Source: Centroscyllium fabricii (taxonomy: Eukaryota). From it: a stretch of DNA of 64,000 nt. Shown piece by piece: positions 1 through 12,648 of this stretch. Where the stretch lies: positions 66,464,001 to 66,528,000 of the forward strand of contig JBNRSN020000021.1 in assembly GCA_051313645.2 (NCBI GenBank), given 5' to 3'. The position numbers were made by a program, and so were the translations under genes. Below the pieces are notes generated by a model. That model searched no databases, was not told the DNA's origin, and saw only the letters and a list, made by a program, of their open reading frames with translations. Numbering within the stretch: position 1 is the stretch's first letter; every line of letters begins with the position of its first letter.

Positions 1-300
1 CAATTATCACGAGGCAATAGGTTTTATCGTGTGACTGGGGAAGGGGTCCTGTAAAGTCAATTTGTATGTGCTCCCAAGGTCCCTTGGGCCTCGGCTGGTG
101 TCCCATTTTAATTTTTATGGGCCTTCCAGGGTTATGTTGTGCACATATCACACATTTTCTGTAAAATGTGGCAATATCTCTCTTAACCCCATGCCACCAC
201 CAGTCTTTACACATCACTCATCCATGGCCTCCCTCCCCGAATGAGAGATGCCATGATGTATTTTCTAACAAAGTCTGCTGTATGCATTCCGGCGCGACCG
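1..300 (-). pseudogene. Retroviral integrase remnant (HHCC zinc finger plus start of catalytic core), runs off window start
   Basis: Minus-strand translation by eye gives HHGISH...WWWHGVKRDIA..RKCVICAQHNP and HQPRPKGPWEHIQIDFTGPLPQSHDKTYCLVII; frame is disrupted. Confidence 0.85.
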
Positions 301-1349
301 CTTTACCTTCCTTTTGGCACATAACCGCAGCACATTGGTTAGTTCCCTGTTTAACCCACCTTTCTTTTTCAGTGTCTGGCGCTTTTCCAGCACTAGGCTA
401 CTAATTGGCTCTTCCTTTATCTTTGCTGTTTCTAAAGCTGCCTGTGCCGCTTCATCTGCGGCCCGATTACCTTGGTGATTTTACCAGTCTAGGCTGGTTT
501 TGTCTTACTCCCTCTGTTGTGCCTTTAACTAAATATTGCTGCCTGTCTTTTCTCCTATGTCTCATACTGATTGAATCACTTGGGGATATAGCAGCACCAT
601 CTCCCATTTGACCCTTTTGATGCGGGAGACGGATCTTAACTTTCCTGTTTTCTTAAAAGTTCTAAATTCTCAATTGGTGTTGTAATACTCCTGTTTCTAT
701 CTCGCACCCTCAATCACTTCCTCTCTCCACTTTACACATTCCATTAACTTTCACTCATATCTCATTCATGAGCCCTGGAGTAACTTTACTGTTTAGTAAA
801 ATATTTAAGATTGAAAACATATCAAACATTCTCACTTGGTCCAAGCTATTAACACCTTTTATTTATTGTTATTTTAGAGGATCTTTTATTTTTCCAAAAG
901 TAACCCAATATATATATATTGCCTGGGTCCAATTATCTCTAAATGTCAGGCTAAAGTTGTTGCTCGTTGAACTTAGACAACTGTCTGTGGAAAGGGTTAA
1001 CTTCTCTGCAGATTTTTAGAAGGTGGAGCTAAACAATCATGGCACACATAAGCATGTAACTTCACGTATCAAACTGCTTTGGAAGATTTCACTATAGCAA
1101 CCGTGTCTTCCAAGGTTAAATCTTAGACTGAAACTTAATCTTTTGTTGTTCTTCTCAGTTTTTTAAAAAATACCAGATTAAACTTAAATTAGTTCAAAGT
1201 TTTTCAATTCTTGAGGCACAATCTTATTCGCACATTCTTAAAATTTACAAAATCCAAAACAAGACAAAGGAGCTAAGTTCTTTTAACTCAGAGAAGTGGG
1301 AGGAGCTAAAACAAACATAACAGAATCTTCTTTTTTAAAGACAGATTTC

Positions 1350-1865
1350 TCAAGCAAAAGAAACACTAACTTCCTCAATATTCAGGAAAATATTCAGTTT
1401 TCCCTCTTTCTGGATCTCAGGGCTTGCTTTCAATCCTGCATCCCTAAGTGCTAACAGACGGATCCATGTATACTGTTTATCTCCTACCGTGAAGGCAAAT
1501 TTCTCCTGAGATCCTGGGTCCAATGGAAGTGCCCAGAATCCGTTAGCTATGTCTAAAACCGAAAATATCTTATGTTCCGGACCCAGTCCATTTAAAATGG
1601 TTGCTGGGCTCGCCACTATGGGGTGGAGTTTTGGTGTTACCTTATTTAAGGCTGTATAGTCAATTAAAACCTGGTATTCCTTCATTAGGTCATTCCCCAT
1701 TATTGTCCCTACGCTATTTTTACACACACAGAATTTCATTGGGATATACCATTTATCAATCTGTACTAGCTGTACTGTACTGAGATAGGCGGGTGTTTTG
1801 TCTCCCCCTGTTCTGGTAATAAAGATCTCATTGTAATGGGGCCATTGCCTCCTTGTCAATTTCAT
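1350..1865 (-). pseudogene. Internally deleted retroviral protease/RT remnant
   Basis: Protease C-terminal motif (GTIMGNDLM) joined to RT motif VLDIANGFWALPLDPGSQEKFAFTVGDKQYTWIRL, then directly to LRDAGLKAS; the LPQG and YxDD motifs are missing. Confidence 0.85.
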
Positions 1866-2577
1866 CTATCAATCATACGGGCGCTGAACCCCGTACGGGG
1901 ACGGTCCTATTCTCATTCTCCACTACAAGCCTTTTGTTCTTGATTTATTCCTTCTAAAATTTCTATCTTTTCATACTTGGCTGTCTGGTCTATGTTTCCC
2001 AGATTTTCTCTGTGGTCAGGTAATCCTGCCATCTGGTGGACTAATATGACTGACTGACTAACATCCCATCCGTCCTTCTGCATTTTCTCAATCAGCGAAC
2101 TTCTATCTGTCATATAAGCGCTAATGAGGGAACCCGGGGGGGGGGGGGCCCTGTTTAACTTCCTTACTGAACATCCTTGGCTCGCTTTATCGAACACTCT
2201 CCAGTAAACACTCACCGCCCCTTTGTGCTCGTTCGTCACCGCGGGTTCGTGACCTCGTTTACCGACGTGTATCGTTCTCTGACCACTCTCCAGTAAACAC
2301 TCACCACCCCGTGGGTTCGTGACCTTGTTTACCGACGTGTATCACCGCCTGGGGTTTTCCGGACTTCCCAAGCCTCGTGAAGGTTTAACTCTAGTTAACC
2401 TGCTTCTTTAAAAGTCTGAGATAAATGCAAAACACTTACAATGCTTTTCCGTACTCTTAATTATACCCGAGAGTCCCAAGACCAAACCCAGTAAGATACA
2501 CTCTCGCAAATTTTCCTCAGATTCTTTTTGATCAACGAGCCCACCGACACTTGATCAAGGTGTTCGTGGGAGTCGTT

Positions 2578-2595
2578 ATCCTGCCGACTACGCCA
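2578..2595 (-). promoter_or_regulatory. Primer binding site complementary to tRNA-Ser
   Basis: Minus strand TGGCGTAGTCGGCAGGAT is complementary to the vertebrate tRNA-Ser 3' end (ATCCTGCCGACTACGCCA) and lies 2 nt from the LTR end. Confidence 0.9.
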
Positions 2596-2597
2596 GA

Positions 2598-3258
2598 TGT
2601 AGTAGGAAAATTTATGTATTGATTAACTGAAGCCTGGCGGACGAACCGTGAAGGAACGTCGACGCTACTCAGCCTAATCACACAGAGTAATAAAACTCAA
2701 ACTCAGATTGTCTGTTCAAAATGCGAGAGTATATTTTATTCAAGCGGAGCTCCGGGAGATAAGTGCAAGTCACACTTTCTCAAAATAGCTGTTAGTCATT
2801 TTTATACAATATTTCAAAGCATTTGCGCGCGTTACATTTTCTTAAGTCAATCAATAAATTGTTTCTAGGCATATTACATTATTGTTAGCCAATTAACTCA
2901 ATAACCTCTAACCTACGTCAACAAGCTAACCTTATCTTGCACCTGCAACTACCCCCTAGCTTCTTCTAAGACCCCATTGTATTCTGTTTTTAGTTCGTTT
3001 CTCTATGTCCCTTTGTTGATTTACATCTTTAATTAACTTCTAATCTGTTTCCACAGTTGAAGCTCACTCCTCGTATCTGTTCCCATAGCCTTGGAGTTTT
3101 CAAACCGTCTAGAATATGCTGCAGTTGTATATTATTTAATTCTCTTTAAAACGTCCTCAGTATTACCCTGTTAACCCTTTGGCGGCGTTTCTTATGCCTT
3201 TTAAATTTAAAGAGTCCATTAAAGCTTTTAGTCCAAGCATCGAAAATTTACTCCAACA
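2598..3258 (-). mobile_element. 5' LTR of endogenous retrovirus (element spans <1..3258)
   Basis: TG...CA termini with imperfect inverted repeats (TGTAGTAGGAAAATTT / TGTTGGAGTAAATTT); minus-strand TATAAA near 2801-2806 and AATAAA at 2735-2740; adjacent PBS. Confidence 0.8.
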
Positions 3259-3264
3259 AGTCCA

Positions 3265-3353
3265 AGACTGGATCAGCCATGATCTTGTTGAATGGCGGAG
3301 CAGGCTTGAGGGGCCGATTCACCTACTCCTGCTCCTGTTTATTATGTTCTTAT
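3265..3353 (+). mobile_element. CR1-type 3' tail fragment next to the ERV LTR
   Basis: GATCAGCCATGATC...GAATGGCGGAGCAGGCT...CCTACTCCTGCTCCT matches CR1 tails elsewhere in the window. Confidence 0.75.
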
Positions 3354-3840
3354 GGATTTACCATCTGCTCCTTGTCCTTTGCTCCAGTTTAGATGGCCAC
3401 TCGTTCAGATGCTATGTTTCAGCCCTCAGAAACTCCCTGCTCAATTTCCTCTGCCTCTTTCACCTTCTGCTTTTAAAAATCTCTTCAAAACCTTTCTCTT
3501 TGAGTGTACCTTTGGTCCCCCACCCTACGCTCTTCATTTCTTCCTTTCCCCATCCTGCTCAATGTCCACAGTTTCTTTCCCTGCTTGTAAAGTATTTTGA
3601 GACATCTTCCTGCATGTAAGGAAAGCTGTACAAAAAGGTCAGTAAAATTGTGTAAATGAACAATCCACCAAAATTGGAAAGAATAGCAGTCAAATCTCCC
3701 CCCCCCCCCCCGCAAAAAGGCCCCAAAACTTTGCTAAATTTTGTTTTTGTGGCGTCGGAAGGAACAGGAGTGTATCTGGCTCCACAAAACAACTGTGGGT
3801 CATCCCCTCTCCTCATCACCTCTCCCTTCTTCCTGGACTT

Positions 3841-4237
3841 ACATAGAAACATAGAAACATAGAAACTAGGAGCAGGAGTAGGCCATTCGGCCCTTCTAGC
3901 CTGCTCCACCATTCAATGAGATCATGGCTGATCATCCAAACCCAGCACCCCGCCCCTGCCCTCTCCCCAAATCCCTATCGAGCCTGCATCGACACATATC
4001 CCACCCTATCCCCATATATTCAATCCCCCTAACACTAAGGGTCATTTTATCCTGGCCAATCAACCTAACCTGCACATCTTTGGACTGTGGGAGGAAACCG
4101 GAGCACCCGGAGGAAACCCACGCAGACACGGGGAGAATGTGCAAACTCCACACAGATAGTCACCCGAGGCCGGATTTGAACCCGGGTCTCCAGTGCTGTG
4201 AGACAACAATGCTAACCACTGTGCCACCGTGCCGCCC
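3841..4237 (-). mobile_element. HE1-like V-SINE (tRNA head, V domain, CR1 tail)
   Basis: Head GGGCGGCACGGTGGCACAGTGG with B box GGTTCAAATCC; V core TGTGGAGTTTGCACATTCTCCCCGTGTCTGCGTGGGTTTCC; tail (TTTCTATG)n. Confidence 0.9.
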
Positions 4238-4384
4238 TGTGAGCCTCGGTGCTGACGGAAATTTATTAGGCCCGGACAGTTGAACTGCATGAGGGTGCCT
4301 GTTGGCGACCGCAGCTCACCTGAATTATAATGATGAGGCCTGAGGACGAATTTAGTTCGGTCCTCAGGCCTCTCTGTTCAGGTG

Positions 4385-7300
4385 TTTTTTTTTATCCGTT
4401 GATGGGATGTGGGCATCACTGGCTGGCTAGGCTTGCATTTAGTGCCCATCCCTAATTGCCCTTGAGAAGATGGTGGTGAGCTGCCTTCTTGAACCGCTGC
4501 AGTCCATATGGTGTAGGTACACCCACAATGTTGTTCGGAAGGGAGTTCCAGGATTTTGGCCCAGCGACAGTGAAGGAGCGGCGATACAGGTCCAAGTCAG
4601 GATGGTGAGTGGCTTGGAGGGGAACTTGTAGGTGGTGCTGTTCCCATGCGTCTGCTGCCCTTGTCCTTCTAAGTGGTAGAGGTCGCGGGTTTGGAAGGTG
4701 CTGTTGAATGAGCTTTGGCGAGTTGCTGCAGTGCATCTTGTAGATGGTACACACTGCAGCCACAGTGCGCCGATGGTGGAGGGAGTTAATGGTGAAGGTG
4801 GTGGATGGAGTGTCAATCAAGCGGCCTGCTTTATCCTGAATGGTGTTGAGCTTCTTGTGTTGTTGGAGCTGCACTCATCCAGGCAAGTGGAGAGTATTCC
4901 ATCACACTCCTGACTTGTGCCTTGTAGATGGTGGAAAGGCTTTGGGGAGTCCGGAGGTGAGACACTCGCCGCAGAATTCCCAGCATCTGGCCTGCGTTTG
5001 TAGCCACAGTATTTATATGGCTGGTCCAGTTCAGTTTCCGATCAATGGTAACCCCCAGGATGTTGATAGTGGGCGATTCAGCGATGATAATGTTACTTGC
5101 CACTTGTCAGCCCAAGTCTGAATGTTGTCCAGGTCTTGCTGCATATGGACACGGACTGCATCAGTATCTGACGAGTCTCGAATGGTGCTGAACAGTGTGC
5201 AATCATCAGCGAACATCCCCACTTCTGACCTTATGATGGAGGGAAGGTCATTGATGAAACAGCTGAAGATGGTTGGGCCTAGGACACTGCCCTGAGGAAC
5301 TCCTGCAGTGATGTCCCGAGGTTGAGATGAATAACCTCCAACAACCACAGCCAACTTCCATTTGTGCTAGTTATGATTCCAACCATTGGAGAGTTTTCCC
5401 CTTGATTCCCATTGACTTCAGCTTTACCAGGGCTCCTTGATGCCACACTCGATCAAATGCTGCCTTGATGTCAAGGGCAGTCACTCTCACCTCACCTCTT
5501 GAGTTCAGCTCTTTTGTCCATGTTTGGACCAAGGCTGTAATGATGTCAGGAGCTGAGTGTCCCTGGCGGAACCCAAACTGGGCATCAGTTAGCAGGTTAT
5601 TGCTGAGTAAGTGCCGCTTGATAGCACTGTCGACGACACCTTCCATCACTTTGCTGATGATTGAGAGTAGACTGATGGGACGGCAATTGGCCGGGTCAGA
5701 TTTGTCCTGCTTTTTGTAGACAGGACATACTTGAGCAATTTTCCACATTGCTGGGTAGATGCCAGTGTTGTAGCTGTACTGGAACAGCTTGGCTTGGGGC
5801 GCAGCTAGTTCTGGAGCACAAGTCTTCAATACTATTGCCGGAATGTTGTCAGGGACCATAGCCTTTGCTGTATCCAGTGTCTTCAGCCGTTTCTTGACAT
5901 CACGTGGAGTGAATTGAATGGGCTGAAGACTGGCATCTGTGATGCTGGGAACTTCAGGAGGAGGCCGAGATGGATCATCCACTCGACATTTCTGGCTAAA
6001 GATAGTTGCAAATGTTTCAGCCTTGTCTTTTGCACTCACGTGCTGGACTCCACCATCATTGAGGATGGTGATATTTTTGGAGCCTCCTCCTCCTGTTAGC
6101 TGTTTAAGTGTCCACCACCACACACGACTGGATGTGGCAGGACTGCAGAGCTTTGATTTGATCCGATGGTTGTGAGATCGCTTAGCTCTGTCTATCGCAT
6201 GTTGCTTCTGTTGTTTGGCATGCAAGTTGTCCTGTGTTGTAGCCTCACCAGGTTGACACCTTATTTTTCGGTATGCCTGGTGCTGTTCCCAGCATGCTCT
6301 CCTGCACTCTTTGTTAAACCAGGGTTGATCTCCTGGCTTGATGTTAATGGTTGAGTGAGGAATATGCCGGGCCATGCGGTTACAGATTGTGGTTGAATAC
6401 AATTCTGCTGCTGCTGATGTCCCACAGCGCCTCATGGATGCCCAGTTTTGAGTTGCCAGGTCTGTTCAAAATCTGTCCCATTTAGCACGGTGGTAGTGCC
6501 ACACAACATGGCAGAGGGTATCCTCAACATGAAGACGGGACTTCATCTCCACAAGGACTGTGCTGTGGTCACTTCCACTATTGCTGTCATGGACAGATGC
6601 ATCTGCAACAGGTAGATTGGTGAGGACGATATCAAGTAGGTTTTTCCCTCTTGTTGGTTCCCTCACCACCTGTCGCAGACCCAGTCGGGCAGCTATGTCC
6701 TTTAGGCCTCGGCCAGCTCGGTCAGTTGTGGTGCTATCGAGCCACTCTTGGTGATGGACATTGAAGACCCCCACCCAGAGGACATTTTGTGCCCTTGCTA
6801 CTCTTAGTGCTTCTTCCAATTGATGTTCAACATGGAGGAGTACTGATTCATCAGCTGAGGGAGGGCGGTAGGTGGTAATTAGCAGGAGGTTTCCTTGCCC
6901 ATGTTTGACTTGATGCCATGAGACCTCATGGGGTCCTGAGTCAATGTTAAGGACTCCCAGGGCTACTCCCGCCCGACTGTATACCATGGTGCCTCCACCT
7001 CTGGTGGGTCTGTCCTGCCGGTGGGACAGGATGTACCCAGGAATGGTGATGATGGTGTCTGGGACATTGGCTGTAAGGTATGGTTCTGTGAGTACGACTA
7101 TGTCAGGCTGTTGCTTGACTAGTCTGTGGGACAGCTCTCCCAATTTTGGCACAAGCCCCCAGATGTTTGTGAGGAGGACTTTGCAGGGTCGACAGGGCCG
7201 GTTTGCCGTTGACGTTGTCGTTTCTGGTGCCGAGGTCGATCTGTCCGGTTTTACTCTTATTGTTTTTCGTAGCGGTTGTTTACAACTGAGTGGCTTGCTA

Positions 7301-7607
7301 GACCATTTCAGAGGGCATTAAGAGTCAACCACATTGCTGTGGGTCTGGAGTCGCATGTAGGCCAGACCAGGTAAGGACGGCAGATTTCCTTCCCTAAAGG
7401 GACATTAGTGAACCAGATGGGTTTTTACAACAATCGACAATGGTATCATGGTCGCCATTACTAAGACTAACATTTAATTCCAGAATTAATTTGAATTGAA
7501 TTTAAATTCCACCAGCTGCCGTGGTGGGATTTGAACCCATATCCTCAGAGCATTTGACTGAGCCTCTGGCTTACTAGTCTAGTGACATAACCACTACGCC
7601 AACACTG
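4385..7607 (-). mobile_element. CR1/L2-group non-LTR retrotransposon (decayed APE-RT ORF) with tRNA-like 5' head and no ORF1
   Basis: APE (LTNIWGL, LTEPYL, SDH) in 6466-7190; RT (QFGFR, LDIKAAFD, GVPQGSVLGP, FADD) in 5031-6435; C-terminal segments 4452-5103; short A-tail near 4385; A/B boxes at 7591-7601 and 7527-7537. Confidence 0.88.
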
Positions 7608-8289
7608 TTGTTGTTGTGAGCTGCTGGAATCATGCCCCATTTGGGGCACTCATGAATTTAGGCCCTGCTGTGCTTAATGCACATAAATGATGGTATGATG
7701 GCTTCAAACTTTAATTTTGATAATATCAGTAAGAAAAAGAGGGTCTTAAAGAAAGAAGTTGTCATATGATCTGTGCTTTTCTCTGGTCTGGATTGATTAC
7801 GCTGATTTCTGCTTGTTTAATGCAGGTTTTTATATGGTGTATGCTAATATGATTTGCAGGAAATTTGGATGTACATTTCCATCTGCAAGATCATGTTGTA
7901 ACTGACATACATTTCAGTGTAATTTCTGCATAAGCATGATCCAGGAAATTCAGGCCATTTATCACATTGGTGTGGGCTGGATTCAAACTGAATCCCAGTC
8001 ATACAAGGATACTGGGTCATGGACTATGATCCTTGATTCCTTCCATCTCATTGCACTGTCAAATCTCCTCCCAATGGATTCAGTTTTCAGTAAGCTTCCA
8101 TTCCCAATGGATACTCCAATTCATTCTGTGTAAAATTCCCATTCTGGGAACTGATTAATCCTGTCCGATTAAAGGATTTTAACATTTATTTTTGAGAAAC
8201 TGTGGAAATCACTTTCAGTCAAAAAACAATCTGACTGCAATCCTTGCAGATTGAGTCTTTATGAGATCACTCAACAGAAGACTTTATGG

Positions 8290-8440
8290 GATTGCATGCC
8301 CATAGCACTTTGACCTCTAGGTCTTGAGTTCAGATCCAGACAAGACCAATATGATCTTCCTCTTTGTTGACTGTAAGGAGCCTATGTGCAATGAGTTGGT
8401 ATTCTTAACCCATTCTCTATGGCACAACAGAATGGGAAGA
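8290..8440 (+). mobile_element. Ancient LF-SINE-like fragment
   Basis: Degenerate match from memory to LF-SINE motifs (TTTGACCTCTAGGT...GTTCAGATCCAG...GCCTATGTGCAATGAGTTGGT). Confidence 0.45.
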
Positions 8441-8629
8441 GGGTTGTAGGTGGGCATCTGTATCTTCTGCATTCTGTGCTCTGCCACCATTTTTGTAGGC
8501 AACTGTAGCATGTAAACAAAGACTGGCTGGTACTCACCAATACTAGCAAGAATTCTCTGTCATCGTACTCTTCCCAGCTGCTTTGTTGAAAGAAAGAGAG
8601 AATACAAACTAGTTTGTTTTAATTCCTAG

Positions 8630-9036
8630 ACCATAGAATCATAGAAACATAGAAACTAGGAAACTAGGAAACTAGGAGTAGGCCATTCGGCCCTTCGAGC
8701 CTGCTCTGCCATTCAATGAGATCATGGCTGATCATCCAAACCCAGTACCCCACCCCTGCCCTCTCCCTATCGAGCCTGCATCAACACATATCCCACCCTA
8801 TCCACGTAACCCCACATATTCAATCCCCCTAACACTAAGGGTCAATTTATCATGGCCAATCAACCTAACCCGCACATCTTTGGACTGTGGGAGGAAACCG
8901 GAGCACCCGGAGGAAACCCACGGCGACACGGGGAGAATGTGCAAACTCCACACAGATAGTACCCGAGGCTGGATTTGAACCCGGGTTTCCAGTGCTGTGA
9001 GACAGCAGTGCTAACCACTGTGCCACCGTGCCGCCC
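8630..9036 (-). mobile_element. HE1-like V-SINE
   Basis: Near-identical to 3841-4237. Confidence 0.9.
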
Positions 9037-9044
9037 ATGAGGGG

Positions 9045-10040
9045 AATAGTACAGCACAGAAGGCGGCCATTCGGCCCATCGAGTCTGCACTGACTCTTTC
9101 GAAGAGCAATCCAGTTAGTCCCACTCCCCCGCCCTTTCCCCATATTTCTGCAATGTTTTCTTCTTCAAGCATTTATCCAATTCCCTATTGAAGGCTACTG
9201 CTGCATCTGTATCCACCACCCGATCAGGCAGTGCATTCCAAATCCCAACCACTCATTGCATAAAACAAGTTTTTCCTCATGTTGCCCCTGGTTCTTTTGC
9301 CAATCACCTTAAATCTGTGCCCTCTCGTTAGCGACACTTCAGCCATTAGAAACAGTTTCTCTTTATTTACTCTATCTGAACCCTTCATGATTTTGAACAC
9401 CTCCATCAAATCTCCTCTTAGCCTTCTCTGCTCTAAGGACAACGCCAGCTTCTCCAGTTTATCCACGTGACTCTAATCCCTCATCCCCAGAACCATTCTA
9501 GTAAATCTCTCCAGATAGAGAGTAAAACATTTAGGACAGAGATGAGGAGCAATTTCTTCACCCAGAGAGTGGTGAACCTGTGGAATTCTCTACCACAGAA
9601 GGCAGTGGAGGCCAATTCATTAAATATATTCAAGAATGAGTTAGATATATTTCTTGCTAAAGGGATCAAGAGATATGGGGAGAAAGCAGGGACAGGGTAC
9701 TGAATTCGGAAGATCAGCCATGATCTCATTAAATGGCGGAGCAGGCTCGAGGGGCCAAATGGCCTACTCCTGCTCCTATCTTCTATGTTTCTATGTTTCT
9801 TCTGCATCCTGTCCAAAGCCTTCATGCCCTTCCTAAAGTGTGGTGCCCAGAATTGGACACAATACTCCAGCTAGTGTTATATATAGAGTTAGCAAAACTT
9901 CATGGCTTTTGTATGCTATGCCACTATTTATAAAGCCCAGGATCCCATATGCTTTATTAACTGCTTTGTTAACCTGTCCTGCCACCTTCAAAGATTTGTG
10001 CACAAGCACCCTGAGGTCTCACTATTCTTGCACCCCCTTT
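9045..10040 (-). mobile_element. CR1 LINE 3' fragment, interrupted at 9519-9798
   Basis: LEQRRLRGDLMEVFKIMKG...TRGHRFKV (ORF 9224-9466); continues after 9798 with further CR1 ORF2 sequence. Confidence 0.85.
9519..9798 (+). mobile_element. CR1 LINE 3' end nested in the opposite-strand CR1
   Basis: FRTEMRSNFFTQRVVNLWNSLP followed by CR1 tail and TTCTATGT repeats. Confidence 0.88.
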
Positions 10041-10406
10041 AAAATAAAAACCAGTTATAGGATGAACATTCAACCACATATACCCAAACATTATTGTAAT
10101 CAGCCACCACACTTTTCAAATATGATGGGGGGTGATTTTAGCTCAGGTGTGGGATGGTGTCGTGTTATCCGAATTTTGTGTTTACCACACGAATCTAAAT
10201 GTATCTGGGATATTGATGCAATTTTAATTCAATTGACCAATTGATTTTCAACGTGTGGGAAGCATTTGCAAAGGGATTTCTCATGACTGAAAATCCCCAC
10301 CGATGATGTCATCATTGCTGCTGCATTTCAGGTTCACAGCAAGCCTTGCTTCTTCTGCAGGCTTCCCAGCTTCCTCCATTTGGTGCCAGAGGGACCTACA
10401 GGAGAG

Positions 10407-12369
10407 ATGACAAATGGAAGGGCAAGAGCAGCTCCTTGTTTTGACGAGGTGGCACTGCAGGCATTGGTGGATGGGGCTAGGGCCAACAGGGAGGTCCTGT
10501 TCCCTTCATTAGGGAGGAAGAGGCCTTCCACTCAGAACAAGGCTGTATGGATGCAGGTGGCTGAGGAGGTCAGCTCCTTGGGAGTCACCCGCAGAACCTG
10601 GACACAGTGCAGGAAATGTTTTAATGACCTTCAGCGCACTGGAAAAGTGAGTATGAATTTCCCATCACCCTCCATCTGATCCCCATTGCCTTCCTTCACC
10701 AGCAGTCAGCTTTAGCAATCTCTTCCTCCACATCCCACTTGACACTGACATCCATGCACCCTTACCCATTCCCTCTCTCTCTATGCTCACATTCACATAA
10801 CTATTCGACCATGCCACCCTCACACTCCCTCTCACTCTGATGCTTTGAACACAACTGACAACACACAGGGAGGGCCCTTGGTCTTGCAATCTCACTTGAT
10901 CTTTGTCTCCTTCTAAGTATCTATGCTATGCAATCTCTACACTCACTCCTTCATTCTCACTCAACCTCCACTTGTCTCCCTCATTGCAGGAAAAGAGAGC
11001 TCACAACATGAGAGAGTGAGCCAGGACATGAGGAGGGCCACCCTCAATAGTCCACCTGACCCCCTGGGAGGAGGCCGTCCTGGAAATCATGGGCATTGAG
11101 GATGATTTGCGCATGGGGGATGGACAGATGGGTGCAACACAGCAAGCTGGTGACAGAAAAGTTTCCCATCTCTCTCTTTGACATTGGATGATTCGCTGAT
11201 AATGATTGCGAAGCTGTGACAGATGGACTTATGAGCATCTGCAAAAGGCTATGTGCATGTAGCCTTGGCATCATATCTTAACTCTTTCCTTTACTTCCCC
11301 ACAGGACCATCACAAGCATCCATCCCGCCTAGCCAGGAAGAAGAGGCTGAGCAGCCAGCCTCCTCAGAGGAAGCTGCAACCTCTGAGGGCACAGCATCAG
11401 CAGAATTCTGCGCACCCAGCACCAGCGCAGACACTCGCACCTCGGTGGGACCTTCGGGACATAGAGTAATATTGTCACCTGGGGTATCACAGCTCACAAG
11501 TAAGCATCAGCAGATTGTGGAGACAGGGACAGCAGTGGAGAGTCCTAGTCGGAGGGTGCAGGACTCTCCCAGCTCAGCTCAGCAACATGTCGACCCTTTG
11601 CCTCTGGGTCCATCCATAAGATCAGAGATGATGAAACTCCATGCACAAATGCAGGAGTCTCTGGCAGGTTTTGTCTCTAGGGTCACCGAGTGTGGAGCAA
11701 ATGGAGGAGTCCTTAGCAAACATGAGCAGAGCCTTCGTGGAGTTATTGGTGCATGAACGCATCACCACGGAAAGGATGGCTACCTCCGTGGTAAGGCTGG
11801 CTACCATAGAGGAGAGGATGGCTACAGTAGAGGGGAGGAGGGCTACGGCCATGGAGGAGCTTAGTCACCAGGGTATGGAAAACATGGGCATTGTTCAGAA
11901 TAGAATGACATCTCTTGAGGAGTGATGGGCATTTATTGAACTGAGAAACTAGACCTTCATGGAAGTCCTTCTGAGTAGAACTGCCATTGAAGATACGGGT
12001 CCCCATGGCTCCCCTGATGTGCAGCAAGGTGCTCTGCAGCCACCTACAGGCGCTGAGGGGAACCTGACCCCTGAGAGGGAGGTTGGTGGCAGACCTCAAA
12101 GAAGTGGGGGCTCCTCTCCAAGCTCTCACACTTCCATGCCACTGCACTGCCCTCGGTCAGAGCCCCGCCGGAGTCCACACCCAAGTGAGATAGATGTCTC
12201 AACCCCTGCACAGCTGCAGGAGCAGCAGACTGTTGACGAGCCCTCACAGGCTCCCAACCCCAGAGGATGCCTGCCAAAGGTGTCGAGACAGGAGCAGCAG
12301 GAAAGTGAGCAAGGGGCTTTTAATTATGCTGAAGCCACAGGGAAAGCTCGGTGTAGGAGCATGCATTAA
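10407..12369 (+). pseudogene. Harbinger Myb/SANT (trihelix) DNA-binding gene, 3 exons (10407-10646, 10990-11148, 11305-12369), disrupted
   Basis: RAAPCFDEVALQALVDG...W..VAEEV...RRTWTQCRKCFNDL; GT-AG introns; stop codon in exon 2 and frameshifts in exon 3. Confidence 0.82.
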
Positions 12370-12648
12370 GAGGAAAATAAAGCACTAGTAGTCACAATGG
12401 TTGTCACTTGGGTGAAATGTTGTGTTTATTGTAAAAATGCCATCAGTTGGTTCTTGTACATAAAAATTCTGATGGCAACTGTTGCCGTTTTGGCATCTGT
12501 CATTTCGCGAATGGGACTTTCACATTGAGGGCTTAAGATTAATTGCAGTTGTCAGTATGCTGGTCAAATAGCTAGGAATCCACAGGGTCTTGGCCACTGT
12601 CGATGCTCAGGTAAGGATCTGCGAGGCAAAAGTGTTTGATTGACTAGG

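Noticed and set aside
3179-3912. Cluster of 70-146-aa ORFs
   Set aside because: They span LTR, CR1 tail and low-complexity DNA with no protein motifs
7515-7607. Functional tRNA gene (also the V-SINE and Deu SINE heads)
   Set aside because: A and B boxes are present but there is no clean acceptor stem or terminator; each continues into a retroelement body
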